In this document: positions 19,719-30,245 of the stretch, piece by piece
Position numbering within the stretch: the stretch's first letter is position 1
How the letters are laid out: each line of letters opens with the position of its first letter
Assembly (NCBI GenBank): GCA_963422205.2
Contig: CAXMWX010000001.1
Coordinates: 352,001 to 416,000 of the forward strand
Direction of reading: 5' to 3'
DNA length: 64,000 nucleotides
Source of the DNA: Gammaproteobacteria bacterium
GTDB taxonomy: Bacteria; Pseudomonadota; Gammaproteobacteria; Eutrophobiales; Eutrophobiaceae
The notes under the pieces: model-generated
Seen by the model: the letters and a program-made list of their open reading frames with translations, nothing else
Told to the model about the DNA's origin: nothing
Database searches by the model: none
Translations under genes and position numbers: made by a program

Positions 19719-20756
19719 ATGCCAGCAGAGACTGCACTGATCAGCATCATTGTGCCGGTGTATAACACCCGGCCTTATCTACAGAGGTGCATGGACAGCC
19801 TGTTAAGCCAGACCTACCCGCACGTTGAAGTGATTTTTGTGGACGATGGCTCTACCGATGGCTCTGCTGATGAGATCAAAGCGCTGATGGATGGCGATGC
19901 CAGATGCCGCCTGTATCGTCAGGCCAATCAGGGGGCGGGGCCGGCCAGAAATCTGGGGCTGGCACACGCCAGGGGGGAATATATCGCCTTTGTTGACAGC
20001 GATGATTATGTTCAGCCGGATTATCTTCAGGCCATGTATGAGCAAATGCAGCATGATCATTCCCGGCTGTGTTTTTGTGCTATAAATGTGGTTGATTTAG
20101 AGTGCAAAATGCTGCCCTTTAATGTCGGCGAGCATTGGCGTGCCGCTGTTATTGGCTTGCTTGAGAGTACCGGCGCTGGCAGTGTATGCAATCGTTTGTT
20201 TGCCAGATCCGTGATAGCGGATAGCAGATTTTCAGAAGGGAGAACTGAAGATCTGGTGTTTATGATCGAGGTATTATTGCAGAGTCAGGTTGACAAGATT
20301 TCACACGTGAGAAAACCCCTGTACAACTATGTTATGAGGAAGGGCAGCAGCACAAACAGCCCGCCTTGTATGAGCGATATAGAGGGGATTGGTAAAAATT
20401 TACAACACCTGGGGCAGGTGATGGATCAATATGATGTTGATGCAGAGATAGGGCAGTATTACGCGTTGATGTGTGCACTCTGGTATTTTGGTGAGCTCTA
20501 CAATTTGCTGTGTCATGTAAGGAATGTGTACCCATACTTGCCGAGGTTGCAGAAAATTGTCGATGCATGTGAACTGCCAGAGCCGGATTTGGCGAGCTTG
20601 TTACAGTGGATGCCACGTTATTTAAGGCGGTTCCGCGGCCCACTGAAGGTTTTTACCTTGTCTATCTTATACCACTGGCCGCTCACTGCCAAGGCCATCC
20701 ATCCCCCAATCAAAGCCTACCGTTTGCTGAGGTGGGGATACAGGCCGTCAATATAA
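19719..20756 (+). CDS. Glycosyltransferase family 2
   Basis: SIIVPVYN, VDDGSTD, FVDSDD. Confidence 0.92.
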   Translation: MPAETALISIIVPVYNTRPYLQRCMDSLLSQTYPHVEVIFVDDGSTDGSADEIKALMDGDARCRLYRQANQGAGPARNLGLAHARGEYIAFVDSDDYVQPDYLQAMYEQMQHDHSRLCFCAINVVDLECKMLPFNVGEHWRAAVIGLLESTGAGSVCNRLFARSVIADSRFSEGRTEDLVFMIEVLLQSQVDKISHVRKPLYNYVMRKGSSTNSPPCMSDIEGIGKNLQHLGQVMDQYDVDAEIGQYYALMCALWYFGELYNLLCHVRNVYPYLPRLQKIVDACELPEPDLASLLQWMPRYLRRFRGPLKVFTLSILYHWPLTAKAIHPPIKAYRLLRWGYRPSI

Positions 20757-20795
20757 CCATTCTCTTAATTTAAGCCAATTCTGTTTTTTTTTAGG

Positions 20796-22133
20796 ATGAA
20801 TTTACAATCTCTTTGGTTGCCCAGGCGAATGAGCCAGCCTGAGCGCTGGCTGATCGCTGCCATGTTGATTTACAGCGGTATGGCTTTGACTGTGCCGGGT
20901 AATCCTTTTGGAGGGCATATGCTGCCGTGGTGGGCTACAGCTACAAGAGTGAGTATTGGCGGAGTCGGTCTCCACGGGCTGCTCTTTTGTCTCTGGCTGG
21001 CTTTTTTTGGTCGGTGTTTTCTATTAGAACTGCCGGCAAAGCATAATGAACCCATAATGAAGGCCGCATTTTTACTGGGACTGTTAGCCATCTGGTGTGG
21101 TCTTGTCTCCTTAAACGGGTCATCCTCATTTGGGGATACTGTACGCTCTTTGAAGTTTTTTGCTCATGTATTATTTGTGCTGGCTCTTGTTTTTTGGGTG
21201 CGACAGACGGGTAATCTGTGCCTGCACATGCTGATACTGGGTTTTGTTTTCGGCATATCTATCCATTTGATAGTCATGTTTTTATATCCTGTCGTAATGG
21301 CTGGAACATTACGGCTCTATCCACAAAATCTTGCCGGGCAGGTGGTAGCATTTGGCATTCATTTTTCTGCCTGGTTGTTTTATCGCTCTGATAAACCGGG
21401 GGTTCGGCTTTTTGCCCTGGCAGCGGCCCTGCTTTTTTGCTTTGCCGCAGCTATCAGTAGCTCGCGCGTGGCCTGGTTTACTGGTGTTATGGGTTTAATC
21501 GCCTGGGTCTATGTTTTGATATGGGCAAAACCTGCATTGCTGGCAGATCGAAAGCGGCTGAACAGGTTGCGATGGATAGTGCTGCCACTGCTTGGCATGG
21601 CCTTCATCGCTCTATACAAGACTCCGCTGTTTGATGCGGGTTTGCACTGGATGGGGCTTTTGATGAAGCAGAAATTCGCTTTGTATATAAAATATTGGGA
21701 CACGGGACGCTTATATGAGTTCGTTGGGACTGGTGAAATTCTACTTGAACATCCCTTCGGTGTTGGATACTCAGGTACTTATGATGCCTGGAAGTCGACA
21801 TCGCTTTACAGTAGCGGCAAGGTATTCGCTAAAGGTTATTTTCATTCCGTTTTTTTGCACTATGCCCTTGTCGGCGGTCTGCCCGGGCTCCTGATAAGCA
21901 TTGTGCTGTTTTTTTACTTGCTTAACATTATGCGTACTCAGTTAATATTTGTAATGGGTCGTACTGGGTTTATTTTCTTTATGTTAATTGCATTGCCGTG
22001 TTTTGTGAGCGCTAATACCGAAACCTATCTTATCGTCTCGATGTTATTGCCCAAAATAACGGCCATAATCGTTGGGTGGGCCTGGTCTTTAAGAGCAAGG
22101 CAGTTGGTATTCGCGCCAGTGAGGGGCGGCTGA
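20796..22133 (+). CDS. O-antigen ligase/polymerase-like (WaaL/Wzy_C) membrane protein
   Basis: Many TM helices; SSSRVAW; HPFGVG; HSVFLH...GGLPG. Confidence 0.75.
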   Translation: MNLQSLWLPRRMSQPERWLIAAMLIYSGMALTVPGNPFGGHMLPWWATATRVSIGGVGLHGLLFCLWLAFFGRCFLLELPAKHNEPIMKAAFLLGLLAIWCGLVSLNGSSSFGDTVRSLKFFAHVLFVLALVFWVRQTGNLCLHMLILGFVFGISIHLIVMFLYPVVMAGTLRLYPQNLAGQVVAFGIHFSAWLFYRSDKPGVRLFALAAALLFCFAAAISSSRVAWFTGVMGLIAWVYVLIWAKPALLADRKRLNRLRWIVLPLLGMAFIALYKTPLFDAGLHWMGLLMKQKFALYIKYWDTGRLYEFVGTGEILLEHPFGVGYSGTYDAWKSTSLYSSGKVFAKGYFHSVFLHYALVGGLPGLLISIVLFFYLLNIMRTQLIFVMGRTGFIFFMLIALPCFVSANTETYLIVSMLLPKITAIIVGWAWSLRARQLVFAPVRGG

Positions 22134-22286
22134 TATAGCTGTTTCGATGCTGTGGATTGGTGGCGGTTTGCCGCCGGATTTAATGTGGCAACGATGAGGG
22201 GTTGCGCCAGTCACATATTAAACCCGGCATCATTGCAAACAGCGCACAGCAGGGGTGGCTGTCGGGTTGACTGAAACAGGCCGAGC

Positions 22287-23120
22287 TTACATCGCCTGTC
22301 TTGAAAGGAGTCGCCTTGCCCATGATGTTAATTTTGTTTTGAGTTCCCTCTTCAATACCGCCCGGTTTTTCTGCTCACCCAAATAAGCATAGTGACAAAA
22401 ATACCCGCTTGCTTTTAACAGGCCCAGATTTTCAACCTCTCTAAGCACTCTCCATCGGGCCTGCATAGCTTTGAATCTGTTGCGTGATAAGGAATTGGCT
22501 CGAATTCTGTAAAGCGATAGTATTTTTTTGATGCCGACGGCCCTGCCTGTTTTTTTTAGTATCTCCAACCAGCAGGCATGATCCTCATGCATGGGCAGGT
22601 TTCTAAAAAATACCTTGCCCACCTGCTCGGTATCATAGATGCAGGTTGAACAGCCTATTGTATTTAACTTCAGCATGTCTGTGTAGGTTGTCTCGTCTGG
22701 AACGATAACCTGATCGATGACCGTGGTGCCATCCTCGGTGATCATGTCGTATGAGGAAAAGCACATTGCCAAGTTGTTCCTGGTCAGAAAATTTAGCGAG
22801 TATTCCAGAAACTCCGGCAGCCACAGATCATCGCTGTCGAGAAAAGCAAAGTATCGCCCGCGTGCATGTTCAATGGCCTTGTTCCTTGCCGCATAGGCGC
22901 CGGTATTGGCCGGCAGGCTGAACAGGCGTATCCCGGGCTCGTTTTTCATATACTCGTTGACCACAGCCACCCCGGCATCGGTTGAGCCATCATCCACGAT
23001 GAGCATCTCCCAGTGCGGCCAGGTTTGCTTGCTCACGCTCGCTATCGTCTGCCCGATGTAATCCTGGCAGTTATACATCGGCGTGATAACAGAGACTAAA
23101 GGATTATCGACATCATGCAT
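22287..23120 (-). CDS. Glycosyltransferase family 2 (TuaG-like)
   Basis: SVITPMYN, VDDGSTD, AFLDSDDLW, HEDHACWL. Confidence 0.9.
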   Translation of the reverse strand: MHDVDNPLVSVITPMYNCQDYIGQTIASVSKQTWPHWEMLIVDDGSTDAGVAVVNEYMKNEPGIRLFSLPANTGAYAARNKAIEHARGRYFAFLDSDDLWLPEFLEYSLNFLTRNNLAMCFSSYDMITEDGTTVIDQVIVPDETTYTDMLKLNTIGCSTCIYDTEQVGKVFFRNLPMHEDHACWLEILKKTGRAVGIKKILSLYRIRANSLSRNRFKAMQARWRVLREVENLGLLKASGYFCHYAYLGEQKNRAVLKRELKTKLTSWARRLLSRQAM

Positions 23121-23141
23121 GTGTATCGGTTTGTCCGCTTG

Positions 23142-23885
23142 TCATTTAAGAGAGGCCAGCAACTCATCGTAGGCACTCGGATACCAGGCATCAAAATCCT
23201 GTTGGTACTTTTCGTAAACCAGGGCGGCGGTTTGTTTTGTGTAGTGTGCCATCCATTCATCCGGGTGGTTTTGCGATTGATTGAAACGCGGCAGGGGCTT
23301 TAACTGAAACCGTTGCTTGACAGCTTCAAAGTCCTGCGCCAGGTGTTCATACCGGCCGATAAAATCAAGCTGTGCCCTGTGGTGTTGGTGGATATGAAAA
23401 TACTGCGACATAAAATGTTTTTCAGATAAAAACATCGGGATCCTGCTTATCTTCAGGACGAATTCATCAAAGGTTTCCACATTCCCCAAATAGCCGCCAA
23501 GATAATATTCATACACACGTCTTTTAACCAGCTTGTCCAGGTAACAGGAGTATACCCTGGAGAAGGGATTACGCACAAAGCTGAATTTGAAATAGTCTGC
23601 CGTATGCCTTAGCTTATGCAGGCGGGTGGTGGTATGTTGCACATGCGCCTCATCGGTCAGATGTATTGTGCCGTTATCTGCAAATGTCTGCTGGAAGAAA
23701 GTGGTCTTGATGGACGAGCAGGCATTTTTGGGCAGGGTAAGGTAGATGAGTTTTCTTCTGTGATCTATCACATACCGGGGAGAGGTAAAAAAATAAGTAT
23801 CACGCCAGAGGCTGGTCGCTTTACGCAGGATCCTGAATGCAGGTGTGGGCAAACGGTGTTTGAGGGCGGTGCGTAGGTATTGCAT
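23142..23885 (-). CDS. Sulfotransferase (Sulfotransfer_2 family)
   Basis: PAPS-binding motifs PKNACSSIK and FSFVRNPFSRVYSCY; HFMSQ; DFIGRYEHL. Confidence 0.88.
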   Translation of the reverse strand: MQYLRTALKHRLPTPAFRILRKATSLWRDTYFFTSPRYVIDHRRKLIYLTLPKNACSSIKTTFFQQTFADNGTIHLTDEAHVQHTTTRLHKLRHTADYFKFSFVRNPFSRVYSCYLDKLVKRRVYEYYLGGYLGNVETFDEFVLKISRIPMFLSEKHFMSQYFHIHQHHRAQLDFIGRYEHLAQDFEAVKQRFQLKPLPRFNQSQNHPDEWMAHYTKQTAALVYEKYQQDFDAWYPSAYDELLASLK

Positions 23886-23954
23886 CAGATTGGTGCCTGC
23901 TGGTTACTGTCTTCCTTACCTGATTTGCTATTATGTTACCCCATGCACATGGAC

Positions 23955-24759
23955 ATGAAAATTGAATTTTTGATTTCAACCATGAACAGAGAAAATCTGG
24001 ATTTTCTTATCCCCATGTTTGAGAAATCCCCATGTTTGAGAAAATCGGCTTGGCGCGCATTCATGCCCTGATTGTCAATCAATGTACAGCCATTCCCCCC
24101 CCCGGGAGAAGTTTACAGGGGATGGCCTGGAGAACATCAGCATGGTATCCTTAACGGAAGTCGGGCTGTCGAAAAGCAGAAACCGGTTACTGCAACAGGC
24201 CACCGGCGATGTCTGTGTGTTCGCCGATGATGATCTTGTCTATGAGCCAGATTATCTGGATAGGTTAGAGCAGGTATACTCATCCATGGACATGGACATC
24301 TGTGCCTTTTATAGAAAAGAGAGAACCATACGGCGTAGATTGTTCAACTGTAAAACCCTGGATTTATTCAGCATATCAAGCTGTGAAATCAGTTTTCGAC
24401 GAGCCAGCATCATTGACAAGGGGATTTATTTTGATGAGCAGTTCGGTCTTGGCAGTGGCCGCTATGAGATAGCGGAAGAGACTATCTGGCTGCATGATTG
24501 TTTGCAAGGCAACGTAAAAATCATGCGCTATCCTTACCATGCCGTCTCTCATCCGCATCCCTCATCGGGTGAGAGTGTCGATTTAAATACTCTGGCAGGG
24601 AAGGGGCCTGCGTTTAAAGGAATGTTCGGTGCTTATGGATATGTTTTCTTATTTTTGTTTCTGGTCAAAAAGCGGCCTTTATATACCGGTAAGGAAAATT
24701 ATTTCAGGGTTTTCTATCAGGCGGTTAAACGTGCGCGGGCTTATAAACTGGAAAAATAA
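23955..24759 (+). pseudogene. Disrupted GT2-like glycosyltransferase
   Basis: MKIEFLISTMN start; 17-bp tandem duplication at 24009-24042 and out-of-frame C9 tract at 24095-24103; downstream GLSKSRN, FADDD, FDEQFGLG, EETIWL. Confidence 0.85.
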
Positions 24760-24800
24760 GGGGATCATGGGGGTGATCATGTTCAGCATGTTATCTTGCC

Positions 24801-25874
24801 GTGGCATCAAGACCGGCCGGGGATAATATGGACCGATTTTTTGCGCCTGTATTTATCGCCCTGCTGATGGGCGTGGTCATATTATCCAGTTTCTGGCTGG
24901 CTGGATTGATGCGGCGATACTGCCTGAAAAATGACATGCTTGACCGGCCTGCTGAGCACAAGTTACATACCGCCCCAACACCCAGAGGCGGCGGGATGGC
25001 CATCGTTGCCATGACGCTGCTGTGTATTGTTATGCTGATGGTGTCTGGATTACTGCCGATGCGTCTGGGCGGTGCCATGTTGGGCGGCGGGATACTGGTG
25101 GTGCTTGTGGCCTGGCGTGAGGATCATAGAGGGGTCTCCATACTCTGGCGTGGGATCTGTTATCTGGCGGCACCTGCATTTAGTGTGTATCTGATGGGCG
25201 GTGTTGATGCGCTCACGTTGGATGGCCGCTTGTTTGTGGCCATGGGTTTTGCCGGTAATCTGCTCATCATTATCGCCCTGTCATGGCTGATCAATCTGTA
25301 TAATTTTATGGATGGTGCAGATGGGCTTGCCGCCGTACAGGCGATGGCCACCAGCCTGCCGGGCGGTTTTTTGTTTTGCCTGGCCGGGCACCATGCGCTG
25401 GGGATGATATGTTTTGTGATTGCCGCCGCTGCCCTGGGTTTTTTATTCTGGAACTGGGCGCCGGCGAAGCTGTTTATGGGCGATGTTGGCAGTTGCTTTT
25501 TGGGTTTTATGTTCGGGATGCTGATGCTGGCAGGCGAGTATACCGACTCAGTACCTGTACCAGTGTGGCTTGTTTTACTGGCCATATTCATCTGGGATGC
25601 GACCCTGACGTTGCTTAAAAGACTGGTTGCCGGTGAGACGTGGTATGCTGCTCACAAACAACATGCCTTCCAGAAATTGCTGCAAATGAGGATGTCGCAT
25701 TCCACGCTGGCGTTGTGGGTTTTGGCGCTTAATGTTATCGTGCTCTGGCCTCTGGCCCTGGTGGCGCACACCAGGCCGCCGCTGGCGCCTTATATGGTGT
25801 TCGCCAGTATGGTTATCATGACTGCTGTCTGGTTGGCAATACAGGCCATCTGGCTGAAACAGGCGCCAAAGTGA
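24801..25874 (+). CDS. Undecaprenyl-phosphate HexNAc-1-P transferase (WecA/WbpL-like, MraY family)
   Basis: HTAPTPRGGG, NLYNFMDGADG, WNWAPAKLFMGDVGS, AHKQHAFQ. Confidence 0.9.
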   Translation: MASRPAGDNMDRFFAPVFIALLMGVVILSSFWLAGLMRRYCLKNDMLDRPAEHKLHTAPTPRGGGMAIVAMTLLCIVMLMVSGLLPMRLGGAMLGGGILVVLVAWREDHRGVSILWRGICYLAAPAFSVYLMGGVDALTLDGRLFVAMGFAGNLLIIIALSWLINLYNFMDGADGLAAVQAMATSLPGGFLFCLAGHHALGMICFVIAAAALGFLFWNWAPAKLFMGDVGSCFLGFMFGMLMLAGEYTDSVPVPVWLVLLAIFIWDATLTLLKRLVAGETWYAAHKQHAFQKLLQMRMSHSTLALWVLALNVIVLWPLALVAHTRPPLAPYMVFASMVIMTAVWLAIQAIWLKQAPK

Positions 25875-26018
25875 CCCCCTTGTCAACGTGATAATGATGG
25901 TAATCATTGGGTTGCTGGTGCTATGGTTAGGTAAGGGAGATCGTGTCAGAATAGCGGCCTGGATATGAGATAACGGTGCGGTTTTTAATTTTATATCTAA
26001 TCATTGGAGTTTTTTTTC

Positions 26019-27308
26019 ATGGTAAGGCTCATTTTATTAGAACTGAATGAAATAAATTTTCGCTATCTAGAAAGATACATTGATAAGGGGTTTTTGCCTA
26101 AGTTCAGGCGGGTTTTTGAGAAATTCGGATATGCACAAACCCGTTCCGAAACCAAGCATGAATATCTTGAACCATGGATACAGTGGGTTACTGCGCATAC
26201 GGGCAAATCCTTCTCAGAGCATAAAATATTCAGGCTGGGTGATGCGATCACGCATGAACATAGACAGATATGGGAATACCTTGAAGAGGGAAAAGGTATG
26301 AAGGTCGGCGCAATATCGCCATTTAATGGGGTCAACCGATTAAAAAAAGCCGCTTTTTTTTTACCGGATCCATGGACAAAAACAGCAGTAACCGGCAGTC
26401 GACTGGATCGAGCCATCAGTGATGCGGTATCTCAAGCCGTCAATAGTAATGCACATGGCAACATAACCCTGAAGTCAGTCGTGTCTCTTGTCCTTGGCGC
26501 TGTTAGCTATGCGCGTTTGACAAACTATGGCAAGTACCTGGACTATATGCTGAATGCGAAGGCATGCTCTTGGTACAAAGCCTTGTTTCTGGATCTTTTT
26601 TTAGCCGATATATTTATAAACAAGCTGCGGCGCAAGCAACCTGATTTCGCCTCTCTGTTTTTGAATGCTGGTGCACATATTCAGCATCATTATATGTTCT
26701 CCTCATCGGTCTATGATGGAGAACCAAAGAACCCAGCCTGGTATATAGATTCTGATAAAGATCCTGTGCTTGCTGCCTACCAGCTCTATGATGCTATTCT
26801 CGGTGCGATACTGAAAAACTTTCCTGCCAGCCGCATCATGCTTGCGACAGGCTTGCACCAGGACCCATGTTCTGAAATAAAATATTATTATCGCCTGAAA
26901 GACCATGCACACTTCCTGCAGCAACTGGGTATTGTGTTTAGCGAAGTTCACCCCAGAATGTCCAGGGATTTTCTGATTACGTTTGAGAATCAGCAAGAGG
27001 CGAGCAAAGCAGAGGCAGAACTGCTATCAATAAAATGCCCGGAGGGCAGCGAAATTTTTTATGTTGATAATCGCAGCACCACTCTATTTGTGGAATTGCA
27101 ATATGCTAAAGAAATCAAGCCGAATTTTGAACTCTATAAAAACAGCGTACCTTTCATGCGTTTTGCTGAGCATGTCGTGTTTGTCGCACTTAAAAACGGC
27201 GAGCATAATGGAATCGGTTATTTTGTCGACACCGGCTCACATCGGGTGGCAAGAGATACTGTTTTTCCGCTGGCTGCCCTGCCAGAGAAAATAACAGCCT
27301 GTTTTTAA
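26019..27308 (+). CDS. Hypothetical protein, possibly alkaline-phosphatase/sulfatase superfamily
   Basis: Long AT-richer ORF with GGAG RBS; LLELNE, EPWIQWVTAHTG, AHIQHHY; family assignment tentative. Confidence 0.6.
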   Translation: MVRLILLELNEINFRYLERYIDKGFLPKFRRVFEKFGYAQTRSETKHEYLEPWIQWVTAHTGKSFSEHKIFRLGDAITHEHRQIWEYLEEGKGMKVGAISPFNGVNRLKKAAFFLPDPWTKTAVTGSRLDRAISDAVSQAVNSNAHGNITLKSVVSLVLGAVSYARLTNYGKYLDYMLNAKACSWYKALFLDLFLADIFINKLRRKQPDFASLFLNAGAHIQHHYMFSSSVYDGEPKNPAWYIDSDKDPVLAAYQLYDAILGAILKNFPASRIMLATGLHQDPCSEIKYYYRLKDHAHFLQQLGIVFSEVHPRMSRDFLITFENQQEASKAEAELLSIKCPEGSEIFYVDNRSTTLFVELQYAKEIKPNFELYKNSVPFMRFAEHVVFVALKNGEHNGIGYFVDTGSHRVARDTVFPLAALPEKITACF

Positions 27309-27644
27309 CAAATGCCTCCGGCATCTTGATACGTGAAATGCGCTGCGAATAAACCATGCTCATGATGTACTGAATCAAATCATTCTTATGCCCGCATAGT
27401 CTAAAAAAAACCTCTGAACAATTAAGGATTCATGCATAAATTATTCAGAGCCTCATTAAGTGGATACGCTGCCTGCATTTGATGCCCACTGGCTGATGAC
27501 CTGCCCCTTTGAGGCTTTGCGGGTTTTCTTACATAGAACTTTTCGAGACCGTTTGCATTCAGGCTGTGTTCTTGCATAGCGCTTTTTCTCTAGCAAGATA
27601 GAGGCTGTCAAAATACTGTGTAACTGAACCGGCAATGTTATTCA

Positions 27645-27720
27645 TGAATATCATCAAAGCCGTCTTTCCCGTTTGCGGGCTGTGTCCGCTGCCAGCAACA
27701 AAAATCACGGCTCAAGTCCT
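27645..27720 (+). pseudogene. galU: Degenerate duplicate of the galU 5' end
   Basis: IIKAVFPVCGLCPLPATKITA versus ITKAVFPVAGWGTRTLPATKITA; 25 bp identical (27687-27711 = 33191-33215). Confidence 0.85.
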
Positions 27721-27746
27721 CAGGCTTTTCCTTAACCACGACGTGT

Positions 27747-28514
27747 TTATGTGTTGCGGCGGAGTGGCCACAATTTGTCGAATTGCCCGATCTTGCGTAA
27801 CGGCTTGGCGAGCAAGGCATAATCTATTGCACCGGCGCCCAACCATTTTCTCCTTGATTTCAGGGATTCGATATTATTAATAGTGTAGCCCGAAACCCCC
27901 GATACGAGGCCACCATCCATCATGTCTACCATGACATGATCGATGAGTCTGGCGTTGAAGTGATGCACTTCAAAGGCGCGCAGCATCCAGTCATAATCAG
28001 CCGCCAGCCGAAATTCCAGGTTGTACAGACCAACGGCCTCGACGACTCGGCGGCGAACATAGAAGGTCGGATGGGCGGGCATCCAGCCGGACTGGAATGC
28101 CCCTAGCCAGTAAGGCGGCTCCCGCCAGCGCCGGATTATGCTGCCTTCCCTGTGATCGTGCACGTAGTTGAGATGGCCTGACAGCATGTCCGCCTCACGG
28201 AGGCCCTCGGCGATACGGCCGAGAATAGAGGCATCGTGAAACTGATCGTCCGCATTCAGCATCCCCACGGCATCGCCGGAGAACAGGCGCAGCCCCTTGT
28301 TTATCGCATCGTAAAGCCCCCGGTCGGGCGCCGATACGAACATGATGTCCTGACGATCCAGGAAGGGCTGCACTACGCCAGCCGTACCATCGGTTGACCC
28401 CCCATCGATCACGATAAGTTCCTTATCCGCATAATCCTGGGCTATAAAAGAGCCCAGCGTATAGCCGATGGTCTCAACCGCATTCAAACAGACAGTGATG
28501 ACTGAAATTTTCAT
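27747..28514 (-). CDS. Glycosyltransferase family 2 (WcaE-like)
   Basis: KISVITVCLN, IDGGSTDGT, DRGLYDAINKG, LNADD, PAHPTFY, AADYD. Confidence 0.92.
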   Translation of the reverse strand: MKISVITVCLNAVETIGYTLGSFIAQDYADKELIVIDGGSTDGTAGVVQPFLDRQDIMFVSAPDRGLYDAINKGLRLFSGDAVGMLNADDQFHDASILGRIAEGLREADMLSGHLNYVHDHREGSIIRRWREPPYWLGAFQSGWMPAHPTFYVRRRVVEAVGLYNLEFRLAADYDWMLRAFEVHHFNARLIDHVMVDMMDGGLVSGVSGYTINNIESLKSRRKWLGAGAIDYALLAKPLRKIGQFDKLWPLRRNT

Positions 28515-28594
28515 GATCTTTCCCTGATCATTTTAGCCTCGGTCATTTTATCCTCCCGGGGCATTGTCCCGTTGATGCAAAGGTCGCCCCGCCT

Positions 28595-29692
28595 TCAAAT
28601 GGTTTCGGCATTCTCAATCGCCTTCACGAACCGGGCTGCCATATCGGCTGCATTGAAACTTTGCTCTGTTGTTGCAATGGCCGCTGGGGACATGCGCTGC
28701 AAATCGGCCTTGCCGTTAAGCAGCAAAGATATCACGTGCGCCAGATCGCCCACATCGCCTTTGCGGAACGTCAGGCCGTTTTGCCCCGGCTGCAATGCGG
28801 CGATTTCCGGCCCATGTCTCCAGCGGTCGTCATGCACAATGGCGGGCAGGCCGTAGGCAAAACCATGGATGAGTGACAAGCCGACACTGCCGGGATAGAC
28901 GAAGAGCTTGCAACGATTGGCGACCTCGGCAATGTGCGGCTCATCGATCATGGCGCCGTGCCAGATGATGCGCTCGGAGATATCAAGCGCAACAGCCTGC
29001 CGCTGGAGGTTGGATGCGCCGGGACCATCGCCGATGACATCCAGGGTAACGGCAGCACCTTCGCATCGCACCAAGGCTTCAAGCAACAAGCCGAACTCGG
29101 CCTTTTTCGTTAGTCGCCCGATGAACAGGATATCCCGGGGTCGCATGGTTAGTGAATAAGCCGTCCGCAGTCTCCTGATCTCGACTGTTTCGATTCCGTT
29201 GTTGAGTGCATAAACATATCTTTCGCACTGGCGTTTCTGATGGGATCGGTATTCGCTTATCTCAAGGTCGGTATAGAAGATGGTCGCATCGGCAAGGCGC
29301 ATCAGCAACAGGCGCAGCGCCGCCCGCCAGGGTTTGCTGGTCGATGACCAGTAATGGCCCCACCAGAATGTCCGCACGCCCTTGCATTTTGCCTTGATGA
29401 GCAGCACCAGGGTGGAGAGACATCGAGGAGCGCCGCAAACGATGAGCACATCGCCTTTCGAGACTGGCACCGACAGGGCACCTGACTGCCACTGTAGTCC
29501 AGGTAAAAGCGGAAGCATGACGCCCAGCTGATGACACCATGCGAACTTGCTCTGCTCAACTTCCAGCTCTCCCAGGTCTTCAGAACTTGACGCATAAACG
29601 GCAAATCCCGGCCCCAGCCGCTCCGCCATACGTGAGAACAGCGCATATCTGTAGACCGGTAAAGCGGGTTGGACGATTATCACTCTTGGCAT
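28595..29692 (-). CDS. Glycosyltransferase family 4 (GT-B)
   Basis: AGGAG RBS before MPRVIIVQP; LFIGRL; VIGDGP; PGSVGLSLIHGFAYGLP. Confidence 0.85.
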   Translation of the reverse strand: MPRVIIVQPALPVYRYALFSRMAERLGPGFAVYASSSEDLGELEVEQSKFAWCHQLGVMLPLLPGLQWQSGALSVPVSKGDVLIVCGAPRCLSTLVLLIKAKCKGVRTFWWGHYWSSTSKPWRAALRLLLMRLADATIFYTDLEISEYRSHQKRQCERYVYALNNGIETVEIRRLRTAYSLTMRPRDILFIGRLTKKAEFGLLLEALVRCEGAAVTLDVIGDGPGASNLQRQAVALDISERIIWHGAMIDEPHIAEVANRCKLFVYPGSVGLSLIHGFAYGLPAIVHDDRWRHGPEIAALQPGQNGLTFRKGDVGDLAHVISLLLNGKADLQRMSPAAIATTEQSFNAADMAARFVKAIENAETI

Positions 29693-29887
29693 GCTCAATA
29701 TCGCTCCTGATTGCTTGCCGTCTGGTTTTAGAGTCAGTACGTTGTCTTTAACTGATGCGATGGTCTCTGTCCGGGGATGAGGATGTAAGTGGAGTTCCAT
29801 TTGCTTCTGTGCAGCAAAAAATACCTATGTACCACGTATGTGCGGGGGACTGTCGATATCACCTATACCCACACGACTATGGGGGAT

Positions 29888-30245
29888 GTTAAGGTTCTGC
29901 ATCGTTGTGCGCTTTGCGTAATGAAGCCATGTGATCTACAGCCCGTGGAGCAGGATCATACGACTATACACTGTACGCATATTTTTCAGCTAATATCGCA
30001 TCAAAAGAGACGTCTTCACCACATTCGATGCAGTAACAGATGGCATCTGGGGGTAACAATCGGGAAGGAATTATCCAGCCACCGTAGCGTGTACCCAATG
30101 ACAAAAGCCTGCCCGGGCGGAGCCGCACGATCGCTATCTTTGTGTGCAAGCAACACCGTGCAAAAATGGCAACCCTGCCGTACAGCTGCTTGAGTAATCT
30201 GAACATAAATAATCTCACTCCCTCACAATTTAGACTGCACATCAC
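29888..30245 (-). pseudogene. FkbM-family methyltransferase remnant
   Basis: LGTRYGGW...ICYC..GEDVSFD; in-frame TAG at 29964 followed directly by SYDPAPRAVDH; boundaries approximate. Confidence 0.65.

Noticed and set aside
27412-27450. 12-bp imperfect inverted repeat (ctctgaacaatt / aattattcagag) as an IS or MITE scar
   Set aside because: There is no transposase remnant, second copy or target duplication that I can support.
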